In this document: positions 8,785 through 17,887 of the stretch, in pieces
How positions within the stretch are numbered: position 1 is the first letter of the stretch
Layout of the letters: every line of letters begins with the position of its first letter
Assembly: GCA_036170245.1 (NCBI GenBank)
Contig: JAVHOV010000025.1
Span: 1 to 36,362 of the forward strand
Reading direction: 5' to 3'
Origin: an archaeon
Lineage (GTDB): Archaea > Iainarchaeota > Iainarchaeia > Iainarchaeales > JAAZKV01
DNA: 36,362 bases
The notes under the pieces: model-generated
Database searches by the model: none
Seen by the model: the letters and a program-made list of their open reading frames with translations, nothing else
What the model was told of the DNA's origin: nothing
Program-made: the position numbers and the translations under genes

Positions 8785-9504
8785 TTACTTGAATGCTTGC
8801 TTTAATTCTTTCTCAGTCAATCTTCTAAATCCAGTTTTATTAATCAAAGCAAATTCTAATCTGCCCATAGATAATTTTTCTTTTTCTGGCAAACTTTTTT
8901 CTATTGCTTTGTACGCTGTGTTAAGAGCATCAGTTAAAGATAAACCTTCTTTGAAATCTTTCTCCAAAACTTCCATTGCTTTGTCCCTATTTCTTCCGAC
9001 AGCAACAGCCTTGTATTCTGCCAAAGCTCCACTAGGTTCAGTTTCAAAAATCTTTGCACCCTTCTCATCTACTCCGCCAATAATAAAAGCTACTCCAAAA
9101 GGTCGTAGCCCCCCATACTGAGTAAATGCCTGCTTTGTTTCAGCAATTTCTTTAGCCATTACTTCAATTTGAATATCTTCAGAATAAACCATTTTGTTGT
9201 CCTGTGCTTGTTTTCTTGCAATACCAACTAATCTTCTTGCATCTCCAACTAAACCAGCAGAAACAACTGCAATATTATTATCAATTTTAAATATTTTTTC
9301 AATAGATTCAGGAATAACTAATTTGCTTTGAACATTCTTGTCCGCTACTAAAACTACTCCTTCATTGTAAATGATTCCAATACCAGTACTGCCCTGTTCT
9401 ACAATTTTACTAGCATATTCAACTTGGTAAAGTCTACCATCAGGAGAAAACATTGTAGCTGCTTTATCATAAGCAGGAACCTTCGAATTTTGAACTGGAT
9501 ACAT
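8785..9504 (-). CDS. psmA: Proteasome subunit alpha
   Basis: 'YDKAATMFSPDGRLYQVEYA' and 'RPFGV'. GAGGTG before ATG 9504. Confidence 0.97.
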   Translation of the reverse strand: MYPVQNSKVPAYDKAATMFSPDGRLYQVEYASKIVEQGSTGIGIIYNEGVVLVADKNVQSKLVIPESIEKIFKIDNNIAVVSAGLVGDARRLVGIARKQAQDNKMVYSEDIQIEVMAKEIAETKQAFTQYGGLRPFGVAFIIGGVDEKGAKIFETEPSGALAEYKAVAVGRNRDKAMEVLEKDFKEGLSLTDALNTAYKAIEKSLPEKEKLSMGRLEFALINKTGFRRLTEKELKQAFK

Positions 9505-9680
9505 CAAACACACCTCAACAAATTATTAAAAATAATTAAACTCTATCTAACCTCAAGCTACCTTTTCCTTTTAAAGAAATCGTTAAAAAATGCTCTAAAA
9601 AGAACACACTAACCTGTTTCAATATACTATACATTTAGGATAGAAACCCTTTAAAATGATTAATTTAGAGGAAAAAACTG

Positions 9681-9941
9681 CTAACTTACAATATTCTTGT
9701 ACCACTTTTCATACTGCTTGTGCGTACCCGCAAATATAATTGTCCTTAGAATAGATGATTCAAGATAACAAATTCTATATTGCCCAGTTTCAAGAACAAA
9801 GAAAGGAAGCCCGTGTTTTAGATGCCTTGTACTTGGAAGATCTTTTAGTTTTTGAATTCTTTTCCAAATCCTTTCTTGATGAGCACTATCAAGTTTAAGG
9901 AAGTGTTCATCCCAATTATCTGCATAATCAAGCTCAAACAT
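9681..9941 (-). CDS. RelE/ParE/HigB-like type II toxin
   Basis: 86 aa with 'LDSAHQERIWKRIQKL', 'GQYRICY' and 'IIFAGTHKQYEKW'. Downstream of an RHH gene. Confidence 0.75.
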   Translation of the reverse strand: MFELDYADNWDEHFLKLDSAHQERIWKRIQKLKDLPSTRHLKHGLPFFVLETGQYRICYLESSILRTIIFAGTHKQYEKWYKNIVS

Positions 9942-9955
9942 TTTTTTGGCTCCTT

Positions 9956-10222
9956 TTACTTGAAGCCATATTTTTTCTTTACCTCTTCTTCAGTGAAAGT
10001 CCTTCTTTTACCTTCTTTTATTTCCTTGCTTATTTTTAGCATTTTTTTCACAACAAGCTCATCCTCTATTTCCTGAGCACTTTTGAAGAGATTATACTCC
10101 TTACTCAAACCCATTATTCCTGCACGAATTGCTTCGCTTCGAGTTTTGAAAATCCCTGTTCTTGTTAATTTATCAAGAATGAGGTCCTGAGCAGGTTGCA
10201 TTCGAATCAATATGTCCCCCAT
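9956..10222 (-). CDS. Ribbon-helix-helix (CopG-like) antitoxin
   Basis: 'ILIRM...LDKL...G.FKTRSEAIRAGI' RHH, with C-terminal 'EIKEGKRRTFTEEEVKKKYG' typical of antitoxins. Confidence 0.78.
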   Translation of the reverse strand: MGDILIRMQPAQDLILDKLTRTGIFKTRSEAIRAGIMGLSKEYNLFKSAQEIEDELVVKKMLKISKEIKEGKRRTFTEEEVKKKYGFK

Positions 10223-10230
10223 TATACCAC

Positions 10231-10262
10231 CATATCAAATACATATCATAATGATATATAAA
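10231..10262 (-). promoter_or_regulatory. TA promoter: TATA box plus palindromic operator
   Basis: Minus-strand TTTATATA at 10255-10262 overlaps the perfect palindrome ATATCAT-A-ATGATAT (10243-10257). An extra CATATCA half-site lies at 10231-10237. Confidence 0.6.
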
Positions 10263-10339
10263 GATTATGATTAATTAAAGAGCTAAATTTCTAATTAAAA
10301 AGATTTCTAGACTAATTTGCCGGAGCAAAAAAATTGAAA

Positions 10340-10687
10340 TTAAATTTTGGCAAATTCTTTTAGAGTTCTGATAGTTCCTGAAGTAAGTAAGGGATTAAGA
10401 ATAATTTTCTTGTTTCTTATTTTATCAACAAATGCAGTTCCGCCAATAAGGTCAGTTTCTTTTCCACGGTTGCACTTAATTATTACTTTATTTTCCTTGA
10501 ACAAAACAACTTTTGGATTTATTTCTGCGAGGCCTTTTGAGCCAAAGAAAGAAAGTAACTCTATCCAAAAGCCAAAGTAAAAATCTTTTTCACTCACTTC
10601 AGCGTTTAATATTTCAAACAAAACGTAACGCTTTCTTTCTCTCTTTGAAAGCGGAACAGTGGATTTCTTTACTTTAACAATATTCAT
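10340..10687 (-). CDS. rnp2: Ribonuclease P protein component 2 (Pop5/Rpp14)
   Basis: 'RERKRYVLFEI', 'FGSKG', 'IIKCNR' and 'TSGTIR'. Confidence 0.92.
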   Translation of the reverse strand: MNIVKVKKSTVPLSKRERKRYVLFEILNAEVSEKDFYFGFWIELLSFFGSKGLAEINPKVVLFKENKVIIKCNRGKETDLIGGTAFVDKIRNKKIILNPLLTSGTIRTLKEFAKI

Positions 10688-10728
10688 AAACACCACAAAA
10701 TCATTTTCAATTCACACACAAAATTATT

Positions 10729-11292
10729 TTACTTTAATTCCTGTTCAATTGAACTATTTGCTAAATCTTTTGGGTATCCAAGCATTTGTGCCAAATCAAT
10801 TCTAACCACTTTTGGCCTAACATGCAATGGATCTTTACAGCCAGAAGCCACAATAAATTTAGTTTTTTTGATTTTACAGTACTTTGCAACTTCCAAATAA
10901 TTTTTCCAATACAAATGCCTCTCAAAGGAATTTAGTTTCATAAATTCTTCAAACATTAAAACAACAGTAGTATTATTGTCAACAAGTTTTTTTGCTAAAG
11001 ACAAGTCAAAGAACTGTTTTGAATTAGAAGGAGATAATAAAAAATCTGCTTTGATTTTTACAGCGAGTTCATTAGCTTTAATTGAACCGCCAACTACTGC
11101 ACGCAATTTTCCTTTTAATTTTTGAATATCATTGTCGGTTGTAGATTCAGTAATTAAATAACAAGGAAAAAGAGTGTTTAGTTTAGCTACTTTTTCGTCT
11201 TTCTCATTTTTTACAAGGACAATAGTAGGCTCCTTGAAGTATACAGACATTTGCAGCAGCTCTTTGAGCGGCTGAGTATAAACTAAATCCAT
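10729..11292 (-). CDS. rnp3: Ribonuclease P protein component 3 (Rpp30), short and divergent
   Basis: 'AVVGGSIKANELAV', 'LAKKL..NNT' and 'FIVASGCKDPLHVRP'. Lies between rpl15e and rnp2. Confidence 0.75.
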   Translation of the reverse strand: MDLVYTQPLKELLQMSVYFKEPTIVLVKNEKDEKVAKLNTLFPCYLITESTTDNDIQKLKGKLRAVVGGSIKANELAVKIKADFLLSPSNSKQFFDLSLAKKLVDNNTTVVLMFEEFMKLNSFERHLYWKNYLEVAKYCKIKKTKFIVASGCKDPLHVRPKVVRIDLAQMLGYPKDLANSSIEQELK

Positions 11293-11345
11293 AAAGATAA
11301 AAAATTACTGCACTTTGTGCAGCAATTAATTTCAAATTATTATAT

Positions 11346-11939
11346 TCAACCGAAGTGTCTATCAAGAGCTTTCTTTGCCCTGATTTTTCTCTGGTTCTTC
11401 TTGTTGAATTCCTTGTTCACTCCACCAGCGAAAGTCTTTCCTCTTTCTGCTCTTCCTTGGTGTCCGTGTGCCAAGAACTTCAAGTTCTTATCATTAATTA
11501 TAGTTGAAGCAGTTCTGTCAGCCATTACAACTTCGAAGTAATGCCACTTACCATCTTCAGCAATCTTGTAGGAACCAATAGCTTCAGCGTTTTCAAAGTG
11601 CTTTGAAGCTTTCTGTTCAGCCATTGCTTGAGTATTAATTTTTCTTGATAATTTAGCTTGTCCTTGTCTCTTTGGTCTTCTTTTATTCCTTGGTCTGTGG
11701 TGAGTTCCAGTTCCTTTTCTCACTCTTGCTCTAACAACAAAAATACCCTGTTTAGCTTTGTAACCAACAGTTCTTGCAGCAACTAAATTAGTTGGGTGTT
11801 CAACCTTAACAACTGCTTTTTCTTCGTTTCTGAATTCAATTCCTCTTTTTCGCATTAAACCTGCGTAATCGTAATTTGAATCTTTTGTTCCTTTCCATTC
11901 GTTTTGAAAAGCTGCTTTGATATATTTAGATGCACCCAT
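11346..11939 (-). CDS. rpl15e: 50S ribosomal protein L15e
   Basis: 'PT...AR..GYKAKQG..VVRARVRKG', 'RRPKR' and 'EDGKWHYFEV'. Confidence 0.96.
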   Translation of the reverse strand: MGASKYIKAAFQNEWKGTKDSNYDYAGLMRKRGIEFRNEEKAVVKVEHPTNLVAARTVGYKAKQGIFVVRARVRKGTGTHHRPRNKRRPKRQGQAKLSRKINTQAMAEQKASKHFENAEAIGSYKIAEDGKWHYFEVVMADRTASTIINDKNLKFLAHGHQGRAERGKTFAGGVNKEFNKKNQRKIRAKKALDRHFG

Positions 11940-12102
11940 TATTTATTCACCAAGTCAATAAGTGAAATTTCCGAAAAAGCATTTATAAAGCTAACTACAA
12001 GGCCCTTTTTTTGACTAAACTAGCAAAAACAATTTTTCAACCCCACCTCTTGCTTTTTGGCTCTTTCACTAAAACTTAAAGCTTTACGCTAAGGTATTCT
12101 TT

Positions 12103-13167
12103 ATGCAAAAAATGGGAAAAAAGGATCCTTTAATGTGCGAACAGTGCGGGGCAAAAACCGCAATCACTTTGCCATACGGACCGCATTACTTCTGCGAGAG
12201 ACACTTTACAAAATTCTTTGAAGACAGGTTCAGAAAAACAATTAGAAAGTACAAGCTCTTTAAGCCAAAAGAACGAATACTAATCGCACTTAGCGGAGGA
12301 AAAGATTCCTGCGTTTTACTTCACTTGCTTTCAAAGTACTATTCAAAAAGCAATTACCTTGAAGCACTAATAATTGATGAAGGCGTAAAAGGATACAGAG
12401 AAAATGCAATTGAAATTGCAAAAAAGAATTGCGAAGAACGAAAAATAAAATACACAATTGTCAAGTTCAAAAAAGAATTTGGAATAACTAACGACAAATT
12501 AATGCCATTAATTTTGTCAAACCCAAAAATGGGCGGAACCTGCGCATTTTGCGGAACACTAAGAAGAAATATCATGAACAAATATTCCAAAAAACTAAAG
12601 ATGGATAAACTTGTTACCGGACACAACTTGGATGACGAAGTACAGAGTTTTGTAATGAATGTTTTCAACAATGATTTTGAAAGATTGAAGAGAATGAATG
12701 CAACAAGTGGAATAATTGATTATGAAGGATTTGTAAAAAGAATAAAACCACTATACGAAACTCCTGAAAAAGAAATTATTGCATACGCTGCGATGAATAA
12801 TATTAAACATTACTCCCAAGAATGCTGTCCCTACTCATGGACTGCAAAAAGAAATGAATACAGAGAAATGATTAATAATTTTGAAAACCGGTTTCCTGGA
12901 ACAGAATATTCTATTTTAAGATTCTTCGAAAATCTAAAACCATTATTAAAACCAAAAAAAGAAATGAAGCAAAAAATGTCAAACGCACTTCACGAATGCA
13001 AAAAATGCAAAGAACCAACTGAAAAAGAATTATGCAAGGCATGCGAAATGATTCAAAAAATTAAGGAAGAAGAGAAAATTATGAAAAATAACAAAGGACA
13101 AAAAGATTTGTCTCATTTAGACAAATATAATAAAAAATTAACTTGCTCTTCTACAAAAGGAAACTAA
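12103..13167 (+). CDS. ttuA: tRNA 2-thiolation protein (TtuA/NcsA, TIGR00269-type)
   Basis: N-terminal CxxC...CxxH, PP-loop SGGKDS, CAFC, GHNLDD, CCPY, and a C-terminal CxxC...CxxC zinc finger. Confidence 0.9.
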   Translation: MQKMGKKDPLMCEQCGAKTAITLPYGPHYFCERHFTKFFEDRFRKTIRKYKLFKPKERILIALSGGKDSCVLLHLLSKYYSKSNYLEALIIDEGVKGYRENAIEIAKKNCEERKIKYTIVKFKKEFGITNDKLMPLILSNPKMGGTCAFCGTLRRNIMNKYSKKLKMDKLVTGHNLDDEVQSFVMNVFNNDFERLKRMNATSGIIDYEGFVKRIKPLYETPEKEIIAYAAMNNIKHYSQECCPYSWTAKRNEYREMINNFENRFPGTEYSILRFFENLKPLLKPKKEMKQKMSNALHECKKCKEPTEKELCKACEMIQKIKEEEKIMKNNKGQKDLSHLDKYNKKLTCSSTKGN

Positions 13168-13213
13168 ATTTTCACATTAGAAAGTATAAAAAACAGTTAA
13201 ACTTCTTAATAGA

Positions 13214-13807
13214 ATGTCCTCTAAAGAAGAAAAAATAAAAGATATAATTTTAAAAGGCCAAATAAATTCAAAAAAAGATTTCTACCTTCTTTATAATAAA
13301 GGACTATTTGGAAACAGGCCGCTGTGCTGGGACACTTATGAAGAACTCTTAAAAAGTTCTTGGAGAAATCCAGTCTGCATACGTTCAACAAAAGGAACTG
13401 CAAGAAGCAACACACGATTCGATGTCCCTTTCTTGGAGCTTGAAAAAGAACTGGAAGATTTGAGAAACAAGGGGGTAAAGAATAATGAAATGAGTTTTAA
13501 CCAAAGCATGCCTAATGACAAAATACTAATTCAGGCAGAAATCAAAAGAACATCTAAAGGATTATATTTGCTTTACAGCACAGTAAAAAAACCAATGAAC
13601 TTAGCATTCAAAGAAGAAATAAAACATGCATTCGGACTTGAAGCACTTTTAATTTTAGAAACATATCTTTACCCGCAGAGCTATTCGGATATAATGAACC
13701 TCTTTGAAATGTTTCCTGAATCAGTAATAGAATTTGGCACATACTCGGTATATGTAGGGGATTTGCCAGGGCGAAACACAATAATTTGGGAAGTAAGAAA
13801 CTACTAA
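13214..13807 (+). CDS. Hypothetical protein (197 aa)
   Basis: Clean ORF with normal composition. C-terminal 'VIEFG...VG...RNTIIWEVRNY' is loosely ATP-grasp-like. Confidence 0.7.
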   Translation: MSSKEEKIKDIILKGQINSKKDFYLLYNKGLFGNRPLCWDTYEELLKSSWRNPVCIRSTKGTARSNTRFDVPFLELEKELEDLRNKGVKNNEMSFNQSMPNDKILIQAEIKRTSKGLYLLYSTVKKPMNLAFKEEIKHAFGLEALLILETYLYPQSYSDIMNLFEMFPESVIEFGTYSVYVGDLPGRNTIIWEVRNY

Positions 13808-13844
13808 AAAAATAATCAACTATTTTTGAAAAAAAGAATTTTAA

Positions 13845-15542
13845 TCAGTTTTTGTTTAATATGTTATCCATTATTTGGGTAAATTGTTTTTCAAATTTAG
13901 TTAATTCTTCCATTTTTGCATCAATTGCAAGAGTCTTTTCTTCAAGAGTGTTTTGAGCAAATTCATTCTTTTTATTTAATTCCTCAATAGCAGAATTTAT
14001 TTGAGACAAATTTGTCTGCATATTGTTGATAAACTCCTGCTTGAATTTTTCAATAGTCTGAATCTTTTGATCAAGCATTTCAGGAGAAATCTTTTTGCTT
14101 GCAGATTGAAGTCTGTTTAATTCAACTTCCATTTTTTCAATCAATTCATCAGCTCTGCTAATTGTCAATTGTTCAATCTTTTGCTCAGCAGTAGCAAGCA
14201 TCCCTTCTGCAATATTTTTCTCAAGCTCCAAAGTCTTATTTACCCTCTCGTCCATCTGTGCAAGCTGTAAAGATGCAGAATCAATAAAAGCCTGCGCCTG
14301 AGATTTTGTTTTAATCATTTCAGAATTAACTTCAACAATTAATTGTGCTTTAGTTTTCTTAGCTTCACTTAATGCAAGATTAATTCCAGCAGTAGCATTA
14401 TCCTGCTGCTTTTTTGCCTCATTAAAAGCATTCAATGTATCAATCAACTGTTTATTGTACTGCTTAAGTTCCGCAATTTTTGCATCAATAATAAAAGTAA
14501 TCTCCTTTTGTTTTGCATCAAGTGCTTCCTTGTTGCTTGAAATCAACAAATCTTTCTGCGAATCATTTAACACTTTGAACTGATACAGTTCCTTTCTTAC
14601 AGCTTCATCAACTTTCTGGCTGATTTCCAAATCTATATCATCCTTAAGCTGCTTCATTTCACCAAGCTTTGCATTAACTGCTACAACAATTCCTTTCTTC
14701 CAAAGCTCTTCAAAATCAGGCGAAGAATCAAGTGAAACAGAAGGAACATGTTTTTTTGAAGAAGAAAAATCTTTAGAAATTGGATTTAAATTATTTAAAG
14801 GAGAAGCCTGTGGTTTATTTTGCACATTAGGATTTGCTGCAGAAGGCATTGCTTTTGAATACATATTATAATTTCCACTAATAACTTTTTCTTGAGGAAT
14901 TTCTTTTTTTGCACTTGCAAGAGTCTGCTTCACTTTATTTTCAAATTCATCCTCACTCTCTTCATCATTAAGATTAGGGGTTCTAACTGATTTAGGATTA
15001 TTCAAAGCTTCTGATTCGGCTTCATTCAACGACTCTTCAATTTCCCCTGTTGTATCTTCTTTAAGTTCCTCACCAACTTCTTGTGGATTAGATTGCCTTG
15101 CAACATCTCGAATTATTCTTCCAGCAACATCTTCATTTTGAATGGAGTCAGATTTACTATTTTGATTTATATTATTTTTTTGTTTATCAAAAGGAATTTG
15201 GGAAATAACTTCATCATTCATACTCAATTTTGTCACAGTTTCATCAAAAACTTGTTTTGAAGATTTTTGATTCAGATTCTTATTTTGAACAATGGGGGAA
15301 ACAACTTGAACTGAAGGAGTTTCAGGGGAAGAAGAAACATTTTTTTGAGGAGTTGCCCCAACTGTAAAAGTCCCCTGGACTTCATTTGAAACTGGCTTTA
15401 TTCCTTTTGCTTCAATAATTAAACCAGTTGCTTCAGCTTTACTGATTCCAACATCAAAAAGATTTTCTGCAATTTCATTATCGGAAACATTAAGCGCAAG
15501 CAGCTTTTGGATTGATTCAATTACTGACTGGCGTTTGTCCAT
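13845..15542 (-). CDS. Large protein: small N-terminal helical domain, disordered linker and long coiled coil
   Basis: Residues about 50-280 are rich in S/N/P/E/Q/K. The last roughly 290 aa are heptad-like, rich in E/K/Q/L/A and almost free of Pro. No TM segment or P-loop. Confidence 0.8.
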   Translation of the reverse strand: MDKRQSVIESIQKLLALNVSDNEIAENLFDVGISKAEATGLIIEAKGIKPVSNEVQGTFTVGATPQKNVSSSPETPSVQVVSPIVQNKNLNQKSSKQVFDETVTKLSMNDEVISQIPFDKQKNNINQNSKSDSIQNEDVAGRIIRDVARQSNPQEVGEELKEDTTGEIEESLNEAESEALNNPKSVRTPNLNDEESEDEFENKVKQTLASAKKEIPQEKVISGNYNMYSKAMPSAANPNVQNKPQASPLNNLNPISKDFSSSKKHVPSVSLDSSPDFEELWKKGIVVAVNAKLGEMKQLKDDIDLEISQKVDEAVRKELYQFKVLNDSQKDLLISSNKEALDAKQKEITFIIDAKIAELKQYNKQLIDTLNAFNEAKKQQDNATAGINLALSEAKKTKAQLIVEVNSEMIKTKSQAQAFIDSASLQLAQMDERVNKTLELEKNIAEGMLATAEQKIEQLTISRADELIEKMEVELNRLQSASKKISPEMLDQKIQTIEKFKQEFINNMQTNLSQINSAIEELNKKNEFAQNTLEEKTLAIDAKMEELTKFEKQFTQIMDNILNKN

Positions 15543-15642
15543 AAAAATCACAAATTATTGTATAACTCAACAGGTATTTTGTTTTTTCTTGAATAAAAAG
15601 GTTTTTGTTAAAAGAAAATGACAAATTAATTTTGTTAAAAGT

Positions 15643-15669
15643 GAAGAAGGCCATTAAAAGCCTTGCTTC
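15643..15669 (-). terminator. Stem-loop downstream of lsm
   Basis: Minus strand GAAG-C-AAGGCT-TTTAAT-GGCCTT-CTTC, followed by T-rich sequence. Confidence 0.4.
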
Positions 15670-15693
15670 AAATTAACTCAAAATCAAATATAT

Positions 15694-15912
15694 TCAAGGA
15701 GAAACTAATATTACGCTGTCCCCTCTGACTAGAACTCTACCGTATTTAGTCTTAATTTCACCATCAACCAACTGTGAGGCGTTCTCCAAGTGAAGATTCA
15801 TATGAATATCAAAAGCCTTCAATACCCCTCTCACCTGATTGTTTCCCTTCAAAACAACCAAAACTTCTTTATTTACCGCATCGTTCAAAAGATCAAACGG
15901 TCTATTGCTCAT
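15694..15912 (-). CDS. lsm: Sm-like (Lsm/SmAP1) RNA-binding protein
   Basis: 'RPFDLL', Sm1 'G.LKAFDIHMNL.L' and Sm2 'VLVRGDSVILVSP'. Confidence 0.95.
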   Translation of the reverse strand: MSNRPFDLLNDAVNKEVLVVLKGNNQVRGVLKAFDIHMNLHLENASQLVDGEIKTKYGRVLVRGDSVILVSP

Positions 15913-15921
15913 AAAAACACC

Positions 15922-16707
15922 TCATTTCTTTTTGAAGAATGAAAATAATTTCTCCAAAAAACCAACTTTTTTCACTTGCACATTCTCAGGTGCTTTAATT
16001 CCAGTAAGTCTGGATGCAACTTTTGTAATTTCTTCAGAAGCAGGTGAAGAAGGTTTTCTCACAATAACAGGAGAAACTTTTTCCTGCATAAAACTTTTTC
16101 TAACTTCAGGATCATAAGGAACGTTACCGTAAACAGGAAGTTCAAGCATATTTGAAATATCATTTTTAGTGATTTCTCCCTTTTCACTCATTACAAAATT
16201 AATCACTACTCCAATAACTTTTGAGTTCAATCTTTGAGCAACAATTTTTGTCTTCAATGCATCTGCAATTGCAGGAGAAGTAGGCATTGTAACAAGCAAA
16301 GTTTCTTGGGATGCACTCAGTGCAGAAAGAACATTTTTTTCTATTCCTGCTGCAACATCAAGCAAAATGTAATCATACTGTTCAGTTAATTCAGAAACAA
16401 TTGTCGTAAGTCGCTCACTATCAACTCTCTTATAATTATCAAGACTTAAACCTGAAGGAATAAATCTAACTCCCTCCGGACCATCATAAATAGCATCCTG
16501 TACTTGTGCTTCACCCAATAATACATCATGAAGTGTAATTGGAGACGACTGCATTCCTAAAATCAAAGATAAGTTTGCCATTGCAACATCAGCATCAATT
16601 AACAAAACTTTCTGGCCAAGTTTTGAGAGAGCAATTCCTAAATTAGCAGTAATAGTTGTTTTTCCTGTGCCCCCTTTTCCTGAAGCAATTGCAATTACTC
16701 TACCCAT
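15922..16707 (-). CDS. minD: Archaeal MinD ATPase
   Basis: Deviant Walker A 'SGKGGTGKTT', 'IDAD..MANL' and 'LDVAAG'. C-terminal amphipathic membrane-targeting helix 'GFLEKLFSFFKKK'. Confidence 0.93.
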   Translation of the reverse strand: MGRVIAIASGKGGTGKTTITANLGIALSKLGQKVLLIDADVAMANLSLILGMQSSPITLHDVLLGEAQVQDAIYDGPEGVRFIPSGLSLDNYKRVDSERLTTIVSELTEQYDYILLDVAAGIEKNVLSALSASQETLLVTMPTSPAIADALKTKIVAQRLNSKVIGVVINFVMSEKGEITKNDISNMLELPVYGNVPYDPEVRKSFMQEKVSPVIVRKPSSPASEEITKVASRLTGIKAPENVQVKKVGFLEKLFSFFKKK

Positions 16708-16831
16708 AAAAAAACCTTCAAAATAACAAAATAATAAACTTTAAACAAAATAAAAAGCTACTCATTCAAGGCAAAAAATAAAAAACCTCTAAAAAAACAC
16801 CTTTTTCTTATAAAAAACCAAAAAAAATAAT

Positions 16832-17308
16832 TTAAGCCATTTGAGGAATTCTCTTCTTTTCCCCTTGCTTGTTTATTTGAAGCAAAGACTCAAGTTCAAT
16901 TGAAAGAGCACGTAATTCCAAGTTAGACAATTCCGAACCTGCTTTAACAATAAAAACTTTTTTATTCAAAGGGAAAAGCATAAACCACCCATCATTTCTT
17001 TTAATCAAAACAGATTCTGAATCAGGCAATTCGCTTTTAATATAAGACAACATTGCAGTACCCATTATTCCTTCAGTGTGACCATTTCCTTCACTTGAAA
17101 CAACAATGCTCCCGTCAAGATTAGTCACTAAAAAAGAATCAACCAAATGCTTTCTTTTTAGAATCATTAAATTCTCTTCAAAATTCTGAGAATAAACATA
17201 TTTGTGCTTTGAAAGAAAATCCTTTAAAAACTCAATTTGAACTATAGGCCGAGCAGTATCGTCATCTAAAACGCCACGCGCAAAATTCTTAAGCAATTTA
17301 AATACCAT
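16832..17308 (-). CDS. Hypothetical protein with probable roadblock/profilin-like domain
   Basis: Helix, 'VDSFLVTNLDGSIVVSS', helix, three strands ('SVLIK', 'WFMLFPL', 'VFIVKA'), helix. This order matches the Roadblock/LC7 topology. Confidence 0.55.
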   Translation of the reverse strand: MVFKLLKNFARGVLDDDTARPIVQIEFLKDFLSKHKYVYSQNFEENLMILKRKHLVDSFLVTNLDGSIVVSSEGNGHTEGIMGTAMLSYIKSELPDSESVLIKRNDGWFMLFPLNKKVFIVKAGSELSNLELRALSIELESLLQINKQGEKKRIPQMA

Positions 17309-17345
17309 TTTTACTCCGACTCCAGGCAATTTTTATAAATTTAAA

Positions 17346-17801
17346 TTATTTTAACTCGCTTAATCCGTACGCCTCAAGCGCACTCTTTTCACTAATCGGC
17401 TTCTCAAACTTCACCGAAAACACACTTGGAAGAATCTTTGGAAGCTCTTTTAAATCTATTTTATTAACCAAAAGTTTCTCGTCAAAAGCAGTCACTAAAT
17501 CAACTTGAGACCGAGTTAAACTAACAATGTGAAAAAATCCTCTTCCCTTTGTCTGATTAAAAAAAAATTCTAAAGCTTCATTTCCTTTCAAAGTTCGTTC
17601 AGCCGCCAAACACTCCACAATGCATGCAGTTATCTCTCCGCCCTTAAAAAAAATTGCTCCTTCTTCAACAAAATGCCCTTTCACTGAAAGAACCAAATAA
17701 CCATTGAATGACTTAGACAAGAAGTCCTGAGCTTTAAGCAAAAAATCAAAAGGAACAGTTCCCTTGCTATTAACTTCACCAACAGGAAAATTCAAAACCA
17801 T
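17346..17801 (-). CDS. DUF2226 / PATAN-like domain protein
   Basis: 'FNGYLVLSV.G...EEGAIFFKGGEITAC.VE......KGNEALE' and 'L...QVDL....E'. Confidence 0.7.
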   Translation of the reverse strand: MVLNFPVGEVNSKGTVPFDFLLKAQDFLSKSFNGYLVLSVKGHFVEEGAIFFKGGEITACIVECLAAERTLKGNEALEFFFNQTKGRGFFHIVSLTRSQVDLVTAFDEKLLVNKIDLKELPKILPSVFSVKFEKPISEKSALEAYGLSELK

Positions 17802-17887
17802 CAACCCTATGACTAAATAAGAAAATAACTAGTACTTAAAAATTACCTTGAATGTTTTTTGGACAAAAATTAGAAGAAACAAACAAT

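Noticed and set aside
13845..15542. Coiled-coil protein as the missing Rad50/SMC
   Set aside because: No Walker A/B, signature motif, zinc hook or hinge.
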